Source of the DNA: Ginglymostoma cirratum | Taxonomy: Eukaryota | NCBI GenBank assembly: GCA_024137785.1 | Contig: JAHRHZ010000020.1 | Span: 53,646,551-53,710,550 of the forward strand | DNA length: 64,000 nucleotides | Direction: 5' to 3' | In this document: positions 13,222 through 26,180 of the stretch, piece by piece | How the letters are laid out: the number at the start of each line of letters is the position of its first letter | Position numbering within the stretch: position 1 is the stretch's first letter | The notes under the pieces: model-generated | What the model was told of the DNA's origin: nothing | Database searches by the model: none | Seen by the model: only the letters and a program-made list of their open reading frames with translations | Program-made: the position numbers and the translations under genes

Positions 13222-15804
13222 TTAGGAACAAAATTTGACACTGATGCTTAGGAAGCTGAAAGAAAGGAAAAATTGGGATGGAGTGGGATGAATACAAGCT
13301 CAGATCTAGAGAAATTTGGGGTGGAAAATCAGAAAAATCTGAGATGGCAAAGCCATGGGAGCAATTCAAAGATCAGGGACAGAGCATTTTTTAAAAAAAG
13401 TGAGATGTCAGATTGAGAACGTAACAGCAGAGCAGCGTCACAAGTAAAAGCAAGGTTAGATTGAGTTAGAATTATAAAAAAGGTCAGTCTGTCTCTTGGA
13501 TGTTTGTATTTCAAGTTTGCCCAAGTTGGGTTTTACCACACAGCTGGACCCAGCAACAGAATCCTTTCGGGATCACCTAGGAACCATGTAAGCAATGCAT
13601 ATGGTGATACATGCTGCACAAGAGTTTTAACAGACTTCGTTGCTCAAGACCAAAATCTTTTGAAAAAGGTAGCTTTCTGGAAATGCAACAGAATTTAAGT
13701 TTCCTGGATGTAATAAAGACTGCACCAAGTATTTGATTTAGTTAAACTGTCATATACTACAACCTGGCAAAAAACAAAATAGCTGCCATGCAAGGCTGAA
13801 GTAGTCAAATCTTTAACCTTCCTGATAGCACACCACCAGTCAGAGGCATCTACAGTACATTAAGTTTCATTACAGAAGCAAAAATGATAAAAAAACATCA
13901 GCATCCTAGACAAAATACATTTGGGGCAAGCGAAGGGGTTTAAGTTTCATTGACAACTGGATGGAGCCAGAAAAGTGGATTCTTCCCATAAAGCAAACTA
14001 AATGAAGCAAATCTATTGACCTTCCATACTAATGTGACTGGAAGTCTTAATGATGGAGACACTACCAAGCATCTCAAATCTTCAACAAAAACCAAGATGT
14101 GGATTTTTTTTCCCCCCGCCAGGAATTATCACAATTGAAGGGGGTGAAAGAAAAACCCCTAAAAAAGGAGCACACTGTATGGTCCTTTTTATAAACTGGT
14201 CATGTCTCAAATTCCAATATTATGAAGGCAATCTTTTAGCACCTTCAAAGCACTAACTTTCTGTAGCTTCAATGGCTGCAGTATTAATGACAGTTGTAAC
14301 CAAAACACTGCAAGCCAACAGAAAGAAAGATTCCATATCTGCCTTAAAGTCACAAAATCACGGCAGCATGACCACCAAGCTGCAATCACCAAGATTAAAC
14401 AACAATAGCATTTGGTAGTGTCGTAAAATCAGTCACGGGCATTGGTGTAGAATACATGAAAATAAATGACCGGAATCTGGATTTGGCAGTGCAATCAATG
14501 ATCAGCTACATTGGAGACACTAGGACAAGACATGGCAGGATTCATGGCATCAGGTTGCCAAGTGTAACATTTTAGGCTACAGTAGGAATAGCTAGAGATA
14601 AGTGGCAAGTTTAGCAGGTTTGAGACAAAGAGGAATGAACCCAAGGCTCAAAGCTCTTGACTTTAGGGACAGATTGCCCTTGTGTCTGGACCAGTCAATA
14701 ACTTAGTAATCCCATCATGTAAAACAAAAAGTGTCTATACAGCACACATTAGGGAGGGAACAAAGCAGCTTTACGAGAGATACTGGTTCAGTTGAGATTT
14801 AACCAGCTTAAGCACCTACATAAATTGAGAAACATATGGATAAGAGTTTTGAACTCTTCCACAAAATGACAATGCTAAACCTTAATCTGCAAGTTAAGAA
14901 TTCTTGTGGATAGAAATTTGGATGAACATAGGGCAAAAAGGACATGTGACAAGTTTCGTCACATACCATCCATGAAACTTATTCAATTGCTAGAGGACTA
15001 AAATAGCCTCCAGGATGAGCTGTGAAATCAAAGTCTCAATCCAATTCACCTTACGCTTTAAACAAAAAAAAAACCCAGAAGCTGGTTAGAAGACAATGAC
15101 ATTTAAAAAAGAAAAAGAGTGAATGGATGCAGTGTTATACTAATTGTATTACATTTCTCATTAACTCCTGGGACAAATTAAGTGGAAGCTGGCCATTTGG
15201 CCCAACAGGCCATCACCAATTATATCATAGCTGATTTGATTGTGGCTTTTAATCCTAGGTTCCATTGTAGATCCAAATCTTAGGTCTAGCCTCATATCCA
15301 CTGTAGTGGAAATTTTTATTAGAATCCTCAAAAGTACCTCATCACCATCTTAAGTGGAAGAAGCTACTACTTTTAAAAAGGTGTGCTTCTTTGTTCTCGC
15401 TTCATCCAAAGTGAGCCACCCTCAGCACCTGTGTCAAGCACATCTCAGAATATTCATTTCTCCATTCAAGTGGAAAACAAACAAAAGGCTTAACATTTCC
15501 TTAAGGGCACCAGCCAACCGAGGAAATCAAGCTAGAGAACCTTCTGAGCTACTCCCTATGCAAGTCTGTCCTTCTTAAAAATGAAGAAAGTTAACAGTAC
15601 TGAATGTGCTCACACCTCTGACCTACACAGTCATAGCAAAAATAATACAATGACGCCTGATAATGACATAGACCTTCAAGGTCTACAGGGAATCGCTGTA
15701 CTTAATTGCTGAGTACAAGTTTCCCTTGCTAACAGACAATGCCCTGTCCAGCTGGAGTTCATCACCTGAGCCCACCACAGAGCAGACCTTATAGCAGCTG
15801 TCTT

Positions 15805-15900
15805 GTGACACAGTAGTGTTCCTACCTTTGGACAGGAGGCCAACGTTCAAGTCCCACCTGCTCCAGAGGTGCACAGTAACATCTCTGAACAGATTGATAA
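15805..15900 (+). repeat. Short interspersed repeat with B-box-like GTTCAAGTCC (copies at ~16345-16442 + and ~57740-57835 -)
   Basis: Shared gttcaagtcccacctgctccag...ctctgaacag. Confidence 0.6.
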
Positions 15901-15975
15901 GAAAAGATAGGAATAAAGCAGACCCATTTGCCCATGTGGTGTTTTTATTTTTAAGAAAAGTTAGTGGTTAGTTTT

Positions 15976-16021
15976 TAAAAAAAGAAAAAGAAAAAAGAAA
16001 AGAAAAGAAAAGAAAAGGAAA
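15976..16021. repeat. (AAAAG)n microsatellite
   Basis: Directly visible. Confidence 0.9.
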
Positions 16022-17229
16022 GCCAGAGATTTTGGTGGTGGGGAGTCACCCAAAGTAAAGACTGGTTTTAGTTGCCATAATGGGTGTTGCTTGCACATCT
16101 TAGTTGACTATGTCCCAAGCAGACCCAACAACGCTCGTGGCAGTGGTTGAGTCCCAGGTTGACATACCCCACGTTCTAAAAAAATTTAAAAAAGGTGCGA
16201 AATAGCATCTCCGAACAGGCAGATTAGAAAATAAAGCAGACCCGTTTTACTGGCAGTTAATAGCTAAAAAGTCTGACTTAGCAGCAGGGAAAACATTTCC
16301 TATGTGCAAGAACAGTTCTTGATGTTAAAAAATACATCAGAACCATGGGGGTTCTTGTGATGCAACAACTGTCTTACATCTGGGTCAGAAGGCCTGGGTT
16401 CAAGTCCCACCTGCTCCAGGTGGGCAATAGCCTCTGAACAGCTTTCCAAAAAGCCTCTCAAGCAGACCCAGGGATTAGTCTACAGAACTGCCAGTCATAG
16501 GCAGGGACTAGTCTAGGTATGCCACTGTTAGTGGCTCTAGTTAGATGTTGAGAAATAAGTGTTCCTTTCCAGTCAGGCTTAGAGTATTTTTTTTTTTAAA
16601 TATTTGTCCTATTACTGTACCAGAATGCGGACTGCAATTCATATACAGGGACCCCTTGATCCCCATATCTTGTACAATATTCTACTTCATTTGGTCCTTT
16701 TTTAAAAAAAAAACTGCTTACCTACTGAAATCTCTTTGCAGACTGCATCCTCAAATTGCTTTCCTACCTATCTTCAGACCATCAGTAGATTTGGTTGCAG
16801 TACACAAGGGGGCTCTCAAAATTAGCATAGGTGGTAAACACTGGAGACTCCAGAAATGCCTTGGTCAGCAACTGGAGCACCATAAGGATCAAAAACCTCA
16901 AGTGTTTAGACCGTGTCTTAACGGTCGATTGCAGACTTTGTTACAAGTGAATTTGTTCACCACTTGAAAGTGACTCGAGGGGGCAGGGGGTGGAAAAACC
17001 TAAATTTGGTGATTTAATCCTTTTAGAAGGGAAAAGAGGGGCACGATTCAGACAGGAGCCTGTGTAACTGATCTAACCAGTAAACAAAACCATCCAAGAA
17101 AACTCATTTGCTTTTTTTATTCATACCAAGTTCAGCAAGAAAGTGAAGCTGATAAATCCAGGCAGAAAAAATAGGCTGCAGAATTGTTAAGCCAAAATGT
17201 TATTTACAATGGTATATGGCAATCCTTAC

Positions 17230-17324
17230 CCTCGGAGTGTATGGCATCCCAGGGTACTCCCTATTTGGAAAAGGTCCATATGTTCCATTGCCAGGTATGG
17301 GAATTCCTCTGTAGCCGTCAAATC
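17230..17324 (-). CDS. CAPRIN2: CAPRIN2 coding exon 17 (GFDGYRGIPIPGNGTYGPFPNREYPGMPYTPR)
   Basis: Acceptor tctcttcag, donor AGG|GTAAGG; GFDxYRG motif; 95 nt. Not in the ORF track. Confidence 0.92.
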
Positions 17325-17949
17325 CTGAAGAGATAAGCTAGCATTAAATCTCAAATTAGAACAAACTTGATGCACTCAAGATCAAGATACTAGCTTTTTT
17401 GTTAAAAACTCCCAATAAACTGGAGGTCTCCTCAAGCACATTTCACTTATTTAACAGTAACCTATAAGCCAGCTCACCGTTATCTGAAAGATGGGACAAT
17501 TTTAAAAATTCCCACACCCAAACAGAATCCTGCTGCCCTCCCACAAAAACAGGTCAACTTGTGCAAGTTACATACGTTGCATTTGAAACAATGCAGGGAA
17601 TTGTCTTTGAATTCTTGTATCCTGATCCTCAGCTGAATAAGATTACTCCAAAGCCCCATATGCTCTCACTATAAATGCAGCAGGAGTAAACTCCATTTGT
17701 TGAGGAAGGCATTATTAGAATCTGCTTTTCCACAAGGTATCATCAGAACAAGCTTACATGGAAGTGAGCCACACCTAGGAATCTACCTCAAAGAAAAAAG
17801 CAAACTGGCTTCAACTAAAAAGTTTATCCAATGAGAAATACCAATTTGCCCAAGACACCAATGTAATACAGGTCTTGAGTAGCTTCGAAGTCCATGGAGG
17901 AGAAAGAGTTTAATTCCTATTAAAGTTAAGGGGAAAAAGCCCAATTGTC

Positions 17950-19200
17950 GACCTATTCCTTGACAGATTGCAGATTAGAAGCACAAGAGTCATTCATAAT
18001 CTATTGATTAATTATTTATTTCACCTTCCCATCTACCACTAATCTTGGCTTTCCTTGTCATAACACAGGGCTGCATAGATGAATTTTGGCAGTGAGGCCC
18101 AAGGCAGAAAAGCTCCAAAGTCATACAAATCAAAATGCCTTATGCCCTAAAAGGGTGAACCTACCTTTTAAATAAGGCAGGCCTCTAGGTCTCGACTCTT
18201 CCCCTACCCCACCAAACATCCACTCCTGAACCCCGAAGGGGAAACATCACTTCCACAGCCACCTTGTCAAGGCTATTTAGGACTGTACACTTGAAATCCA
18301 TTCCTCCGGTGGAAGTTCAGCCTGATTTTTCCTTCCCAAGTATCAATCTAATAAATCTCCACTTAATCACCTCCAATGCATTTATAAGACAGAAGACCAA
18401 AACTGCACCTAATTTAACATGAAGTCTAAAAATGCCCTGTAACTGAAGCTTAAAAGATCCTTATTTTCAGATGCAAAATCAAAAGAAACAGAATTGCATT
18501 AGCCCTTAGTTACATACCATGCCACAGTGCTATGGCTTGAACTAGAGCACCCGGTTCCTTCAATCATTTCCCATTCAGGTAAGGTTGCCTTAAGTTCCTG
18601 TTAAGTGCACTCCTTCATCTTTCTCCACACTATATTCCATCTACCAGGTTTTAACCCACAACCCATAACCGTTTGCATCCTTGTGTCCTCTTCACTACAT
18701 TTTGTTCCTTTGCCAATGTCTTCTTTACAATTTCTATCTGCTTAAAGGAAGATCGAAGTCACGCAACAGACCCGTCGGATCTCAGTGGGCTCAGGTTGCC
18801 ATTTACACAAGCATTACTTTTAACTTGGGTGGCACCTTGTCTTCTGGAAATCCAGATATGGTACAACGTGCTGCACTTCATCCACACAATCAACCAATTT
18901 ACTGACTTTGAAGATTGGAAATGGCTTTGTGGAAGAAACTAATTACCTTGCTGGTTCTCAACATCCAGCAATTACTCCCTTAGGAAAAACTTTAACACCA
19001 GTCTATGACAGTAGAGCAACTGAAATGGCCTTTAGTTATTTCTATCACCCTCCCTTTTTAAAAGGCATTGCATTAGCCACTCCAAGATGGAGCCTAACGA
19101 GCTTTGGAAAGTTAACACCAACACATCACCTCATTAACTTTATCCTAGTCTTGAAGATGGCTAATCAAAGCCTGGATACTGATGAACCCACCAATCCCAT
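17950..19200 (-). mobile_element. Heavily decayed CR1-type LINE
   Basis: Patchy resemblance to the other CR1 fragments; boundaries approximate. Confidence 0.45.
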
Positions 19201-20331
19201 TTGCACAGTACCACTTCCCTAAAAGATAATGTCACCAAGTTCCTTGCTTTCCACCTCAAATACAAAGCTGTTATCTGGACACTGTGCATCATCTGTAATG
19301 AACACAGACATTCGTTACAACTATCATTTCCATGTCGACCATTGACTCAGTTCTTAAATGGCCAACACTCCCTATTAAGATATTTCAAGCAACTCTTTCT
19401 ATCCATTTCTTTCAGCTAGCTTCTTAAAATCATTGGCCAGATTGTCAAGAATAGTCATTTGCCGTCCCAGCAGCATTCTAATGAATTTGTCTGTCTGCAC
19501 TGAACAGAGGTCCACTCTAAATGGCAACGTCCAGAAATCTGAAGACAATGCAATGAATACATCCACATGCTGATCGCTGTATGCAGCCTCACTGCCTACT
19601 AGTCGTTATGCACCTGTTTTTTCCAAATCAAATGTGATGCCATCTTTCACCTCAATTAACCAGAATTGCTGCACTGTGGATTTTTTGTTTTTAAAAAGAG
19701 GAGGATGATTGATCAAGTGTTCAGAAGTATTCTTTGGACTATCATTGCTTATTTCTGATCTCCTAGCCCAATATCCCAGCACACTCCAGGGTGTCTTGTG
19801 GGGGTTTTAAAGCTTAGTTAACTGAAGTTTTAGAATACTAGCCTTGATCAACCCTTTATCCTTTCTGAAGGGATGACAGATTTGCATGATTACTTCTAAC
19901 AACGTCATTGATCCATTACCTTCACACAAACTGTGCAACTAACAGAACAGATAAAACATTCAAGTGCCCTTGCACCTGCAGTAAAACCGATAACATGTGT
20001 ACAAAAATTGCTATCTTTGCCTCAGTTCTATAAAATAAGTCAACATCTTCCTAAACTAGGAACGTTAAATTATACCAGCTGGTTCTGCAGTTAACAGGAT
20101 TTGCATTCAACTGGCACTGTCTTGTCAGGACTGGGTGAAAATAGTCTGGATTTCATAATTTAACAAAATGCAAGCCTGAAAGAGTGTATAGCATTGCGCA
20201 CAATGTCAAACTGGAGAGGTATGGCCACTGAAGGAGCAAAGGAGTTAAATCATTATTAGCTGAACCTAAGTTTGGAATTCACAACACTGGTGCACAGGGT
20301 ATTTAAAGCAACTAAAAATTAAGCACTCTCA

Positions 20332-20357
20332 CCAAGTCCAAGTCCAAGTCCAAGTCA
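20332..20357. repeat. (CCAAGT)4 microsatellite
   Basis: Directly visible. Confidence 0.85.
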
Positions 20358-21199
20358 ACATTTGAAATAGCAGCTCTGGGTAATCCAAGTTTTATTCCAA
20401 AGATAACCTAATTACTGGTAAAGTACAATTCTCCAAAAGACCTAACATGATACAAGTGCTACACAGGATTTTTCCATGTGAAAAACATTAACAAAACCTT
20501 ATTACCACAAATTAGAAAATCAGATTTGGAAGCTGCATGTCAGCAGTAAACTCTTCTACATAGTAGAGTGGTACTCCGCTTCAGAACAAGATGTCCAGGG
20601 CCAGGTACAGTTACAAACTCAGCAAGCTCACGTGACTCCACAGCTGCTTGCGCACACTAGCAATTCCACTCCAGTTCACAGGCCCCAACTTTTTTGGGGG
20701 GTGGTCCAGCACTTTGGCTGGTGTCCACAAGAAAGACCACCTTCCCAAGGCAAAAAAAGCCTTGACAGATGTTGGAAAGCAAAATGGTATTCCTAGAGAT
20801 TGGGAGGGGTGTGCAGTAGGGCAGCATTGGAGAGTGGATTTGCCTGTGAAGGACAATAGTGGCACACATTAAAACTGGCGGCATAGCCTGTTCATTCTGT
20901 TGCAGAAAAATATTACTCACCACTTTTTCTGTAGTGTATTTTATGTCTATATTTCTTAGCCTGTCGTCATTAATAGCAAAGTTGGTTTCAAAATATTTAG
21001 CATCCATATTCATTAAATATGGAATGGTTGGGCAGGTGATGTGCAGCTGTAGTATGGTGCTGGTGGACCCCAAGTGCTGACGGCTCAAAGAAATCTCGCA
21101 ATCGAGCTGAAGTTCCAACAGTCTACGATGGACAAAGCATTTGACAATCAATGGTACTGAAGGCAGACAATTCACCAGGACCTGGTAGCCTGAAATCAA

Positions 21200-21650
21200 G
21201 GGTTTTAATAAAAGAAAGTGGATTGTGGAGGCATTGGTTGAAATATCCTACAACTCACAGGGAAGGTTCCAGTGGATTGGAAAACCGCTAACATGATTTC
21301 ACGTTCAAGGAAGAGAGACAGAAAGCAGAAGGTTATAGGCCAGTTGGCTTAAGATCTGATGGTGGGAAAATGCTGGCTTCCACTGACAGAAGGAATAACA
21401 GGGCACTTCAAACATAATGCCAGTCAACAAGGAAGTGACATTCATTAGAGTTCTGAAGATACAAGCAGAATTGAAGGCAATCCAGTAGATGAGCATTTGG
21501 ATTTCCAGAAGTCATTCAACAGTGCCACAGGAAATGAAGGTTTTGCTGAAGATAGAAGCTGTTTAGGGTAATGTATGACCTCAACTAAGGACTGCGTACA
21601 TTAAGCAGGAATTAAAGCAGCTTTCTGGGTCAGAAAGATTAACTGGTCAT
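21200..21650 (+). mobile_element. Decayed CR1 RT fragment
   Basis: gattggaaaaccgctaac, tataggccagttggctta (YRPV.L) and ttggatttccagaagtcattc (LDFQK.F). Confidence 0.6.
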
Positions 21651-22344
21651 ATCCCACAACAATCAAAAGCTAAAGCCTCAGTACAGATTCCTACAGTACA
21701 CACAGTCTATTATATTTGAGTACATAAAAAATAGGAATAATGCCTACTTTTTAACCAATTGGTTAACAGGCCAGAAAGAAAAACCAAATCCAACCAGGCT
21801 CCACAAAGCTTGGAAATAAAATAGAGGCCTTTAGTAACATACTGTAAAAGATGGATACTTTACAAACCAAAGACAGGTTGCACAAGAGTTTTGCTTTCAC
21901 AAACTAGTGGATAGCATTAGGATCTCATTTCAGATTATGGCCAATTCAGTTAAGACCTAACCAACTAATTTAATTGCCAAGCTTAGCTCCTACCTTCAGT
22001 GTTACATTTGCAATTCTAATCCAAGTGGTCAAATAAGCAAAATCAAAAATTTCCTCACCTAATTTCAATCTTCACATGGAAGCCATCATGTCCTGAAGAC
22101 TGGTCTTTTACATTTTCCTTTTCCAAAAACTCCCCTTTTTGAAAGGATTGCCCCAGCATTTGATGTTTTGTCTCAGTAAAATCTGCTATTTCAGCATTTC
22201 CAACTCACTGCATCACTTATATTTGCGCTCCACTTCAATTTTAAGTAATTATTTTCACCATTAAAAAGTATTAAGGTTGTCTCCCTTAAGATCATCCAAG
22301 TTTGCTTTACGTTCTTTTCAGTTTAAGACTTATGAATGTGCTCA

Positions 22345-22528
22345 TGAAAATAAAAGCAGAAGTTGCTGGAACAGCTCAGCAGGCCTGGCAGCACATGTGA
22401 TGAGGGTGGGTCACCAGACCCAAAACATTAACTGATTTTCTTCACAGATGCTGCTAGACCTGCTCAGCTTTTCCAGCACCACTGTTTTTGTTTCTGATTT
22501 ACAGCATCCACAGTTCTTTTGGGTTTTT
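22345..22528. mobile_element. Older palindromic Penelope-related element
   Basis: gctggaacagctcagcaggcctggcagca / tgctgctagacctgctcagcttttccagc inverted arms around gggtc..gaccc.aaac. Confidence 0.65.
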
Positions 22529-23002
22529 AAGATCAATTTGCTATTCTGCATCCATTATCTTGTACTTAAGTCATTTTAATTTTACACTCAAATTAGGAGA
22601 GTAGAGAACTTGCTCATCTCAGTTCAGCACTACACTTTAGCAGGATATTGGATAAAATTACGGCTTCAACCATTTTGGCCAATTCTTCACTGTCTGCATG
22701 ATGGACACACACCTAATTTCTACTCATGACGATTAGCCTGACAAGTGTCTCTACCGCCTCCTTTTGGATTTGTTTGGGATGAGGATGCTTGTTGCACTAT
22801 TTATCATAAAACACGCCATTAACAACAGCCATAACCATTGGTTTGGTGAATTGGTCAAAATCAGTCAGCAACTGAGGTTCCTGTCATCTCAAGTCAGATA
22901 TCACAACCCATTTCTGCATGCAAACCCAAAACCAAAGTTGGGAACCAGTATCCATTCCTCCGTTGTTTAAAAACACGGGTAAATAAATTGGCCCAATATT
23001 GT

Positions 23003-23090
23003 ATCAGAGAGGGTTTAGGCCCAAAACGTCAAGTTTTCCTGCTCCTATGCTGCTTGACCTGCTGTGTTCATCCAGCCCCATGCTTGTTAT
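23003..23090 (+). mobile_element. Penelope pLTR fragment
   Basis: Near-identical to 55620-55705; imperfect flanking repeat CCCAA(T/A)ATTGT. Confidence 0.8.
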
Positions 23091-23679
23091 CCCAAAATTG
23101 TGTTGGTTTATCCCACTAATGAAATTTCTGCACACTTGTGAAACAATAGTGAGAAAAACCCAACAAGTCCACTCTAGTCAAACAGCAGGGTTTTAAAAAA
23201 GGCACAAAATTTAATCTCAGCAAGGTACTGAATTACAACAACCACCAACTCCCACGCCAATCACCAAGTGGCCATTCTAGGACAAACCCTCATTAGTGGA
23301 GACCTGTGTTAAATACTTCACAAAAATCTTTCCAATAATGAGTCTATTCCCACAAATATATCCTTCTGTCCTTTGTTCCCTCAAAATGTAACTGCTTTAT
23401 CCCCCACACACCCCCAATCTAATAGTCCTTTTAGTGATTTCCAAATTTTTCTCCACTCCTTGGGGCAATGAAGTTTATCCTCCATTCTCGATCAGATTTA
23501 TTAATACTCTTACACTTGTGGCCCCTAGTTCTGGTCTCCATGCTAGGGAAGTGAGGACATCAGTCAATTCTTTAGTGGTTTAAGTGAAAGATTGGTGTCA
23601 AGTTTTCAAGGCTGACTGGAGCGGTGCACAATGCAGTATGAGTGATGCCACTAAACATCAAGTGTTGTAAGTGATAAGC

Positions 23680-23950
23680 ACAGCAGCTCCATGGTGAGCA
23701 CCGCTGCCTGACCCAGGTTAGATTCCACGCCGACAACTTTACGGAGTTTGCGCTGCGCAATCTCCCCATATCCGCACTGCTTTCCTTTGGGTGCTCCAGT
23801 TTCCCCTCAGTCCAAAGACAGATACATTACGTGGATTGGCTATGCTAAATCACAGAGATTAGAGGGCTAGGTCTGGGTGGGATGCTCTTGACAGTTAGCG
23901 TGGACTCAGTGGGCCGATTGGCATCTTCCCACACTGTAGGGATTCCTGAA
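23680..23950 (+). mobile_element. HE1-like SINE, diverged
   Basis: Same central domain and tail as 25897-26180. Confidence 0.7.
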
Positions 23951-24517
23951 TCTATCGTCTCCTGACTTCTTTCTTGAAATGAAGTAACCAAGGAGTAGAA
24001 TATTCCACCTGGAATGCACATAGTTTAACTAGAGTATCAATTCTTTTCAATCACATTGCTGTTATTTCAAGCAAGCACGTTTGCAGAGTTGAGACAATCA
24101 CCATTTAACAAGCACACTGCAAGTCAAACAGTGCAAGTGTCTCAGGATTGCTCACACGCTGCATTTGAAGATTCAACTTGGGAGAAAAAGCAAAAATCAG
24201 GTATGAGGACGCGGCACATAAGTTAGATGTGTGACAAATACTGCATGGGCAATCTTGGGCAAAAAACACTACTCCAAAAGCCGTGCGTGAGTTCAGAGAA
24301 TGTAAGATTCATAATATCTGCACAAAGCTACAGTTTAATGTTAAAGGCTTTAATGCCTTAAGCGCATCTTGTTATTGATCTGGTCTCAAGTGGGACTGGA
24401 GCAATTGTTTAACTCATGAGAATTCTAAACCATAATTGATGCTTTGATAAAGAAAGCTAGAAAAGTAAGCAGCCATTTTTTGGCCACATGGATTCTATAC
24501 TGTACCTATCTGTACAC

Positions 24518-24694
24518 CTTTATAACCATTACTAGAACCACGGTAGGCATTAGCAATTCCTCTGCCACTTCGTGCAGCTCCCCTTACAGCACCTCTGCTT
24601 CCAAAGTAGGGTTGGTTTGGTCTTGGTAAAGGATTACTTGGCTGACTGTGGGGTAGAAAAACCGGGGTCCCGTTGGCAACTGAAGTAGGTTCTT
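24518..24694 (-). CDS. CAPRIN2: CAPRIN2 coding exon 16 (EEPTSVANG...SRGAVRGAARSGRG...GYK)
   Basis: Acceptor tttctcatcag; RG-rich segment; donor AAG|GTGTAC (in-frame alternative at 24506); 177 nt. Confidence 0.88.
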
Positions 24695-24829
24695 CTGATG
24701 AGAAAGAAAGCCAAGGTAAATTTAAACAGCACCCAAGCACAAATCTGAGATAGACAACAAGATTTTAATCACCATCTGCTTTAGTTTTACTGAGCGTTTA
24801 ACGAGAGCATCCCTTCCTACTGACTTAAA

Positions 24830-25030
24830 GACATACAGAACATAGAACAGTACAGCACAGTATAAGTCCCCCAGCCCACAACGTTGTGCCGACCTATTAT
24901 CCTACTCTAAGATCGAACTACCCTGCATACCCTTCATTTTACTAATATCTGCATGCCTATCCAAGAGTCGCCTGAACATCCCCAGTCTGACTCCACCACC
25001 ACCTCCGGCAGCGCATTTCACCTACCACTG
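24830..25030 (-). mobile_element. CR1 LINE 3' end
   Basis: catagaacagtacagcacag tail signature. Confidence 0.7.
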
Positions 25031-25131
25031 TGGAGATTTGTTATTATTTCGTGCATTTACTACAAGACCAGAAATATTCCTGTACATTCTTGCAAATAGA
25101 AAATTTCTATCCCATAACTCAAATTCAATAC

Positions 25132-25315
25132 CTGTTAAAGAATCTTGTGTCAGAGCATTTTGCTCCACAGCATGTGAAGATTGGACAGACACAGGCTGAG
25201 GTGGAGTCTGAGTACTTGCTGTAATCAAACTTTGATTAAAGGCAGGCGAATATGGAGCATCAGATTTCACTTCCTGTTCACTTCTTGGAGGAAGAGGAGC
25301 ATTCACATTGAACAC
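25132..25315 (-). CDS. CAPRIN2: CAPRIN2 coding exon 15 (VFNVNAPLPPRSEQE...QDSLT)
   Basis: Acceptor gttttgcag, donor CAG|GTATTG; 184 nt; TASTQTPPQ motif. Confidence 0.92.
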
Positions 25316-25896
25316 CTGCAAAACAACAATGCAAGCTGCTGTTTAATTTCATACACTTAATTATTTTTGGCATTTTAATTTTCAGTTTAAGTAGTCAATT
25401 GTGACTGGGCAGCTATTTTAATTTTGAAGCATTAAGGATAGGTAACACTTGGCTAGTCAGACATGTCTCATCCTGAAGGTTGCAAGACAATCACAACAGT
25501 GACAGCAACTCTAATGTTACTCTCACTGCAAAAATGAAGGTGTAGAAGGAGGGAGAGAGAGTAAGGAAGTACTTCCAAAGAAAAAAAGCCATTATTAATG
25601 TTAATTTTTAACCAAAAGATATTATACAACCTTCAAGCTGTACCTAAAAGATCTTTGCTTTGGCCACAGCTGGAATATGTAAAGTCCGGTCACTGCACTG
25701 GGGATGGTGCAGAAGAGAGTTACCAGTCAGTACTCGGCTCAAGCCGTTCAGCTATGAAGAGGCTGGATAGGTTTGTGTTCTTTTCTTTGAGTACAGAAGA
25801 TAGGGTAGGGTAGGGTAGGGCAAGGGGTGCAACACGGTTATGAAAGATTGCAGGGGTGGGGGGTGTGGACAGAAAACAGCTGTACCCCTTACACCA

Positions 25897-26180
25897 TGGC
25901 ATGGTGGCTCAGTGGTTAGCCGTGCTGCCTCAGCACCAGGGACCTGGGTTTAATTCCACCCTCCGGCGAGTCTGTAAACTCCACATTGTGTCTGTGTGGG
26001 TTTCCTTTGGGTGCTCTGGTTTCCTCCCAGAGCAGAGATGGGCAAACTGGGTAGATTGACCATGCTAAATTGCCTTTTTAGTCTTCAGGGATCTGCAGAT
26101 TAGGCAGGTTACAGGAGGATGATTTGAGGATCGATGTGGACTTGTTGGGCTGAAGGGCCTGTTTCTGCACTGTAGGGCTT
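25897..26180 (+). mobile_element. HE1-like (V-SINE) element
   Basis: A-box TGGCTCAGTGG, B-box-like GGTTTAATTCC, central gtgggtttcc..gggtgctc..gtttcctccc domain, CR1-like tail. Confidence 0.8.
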
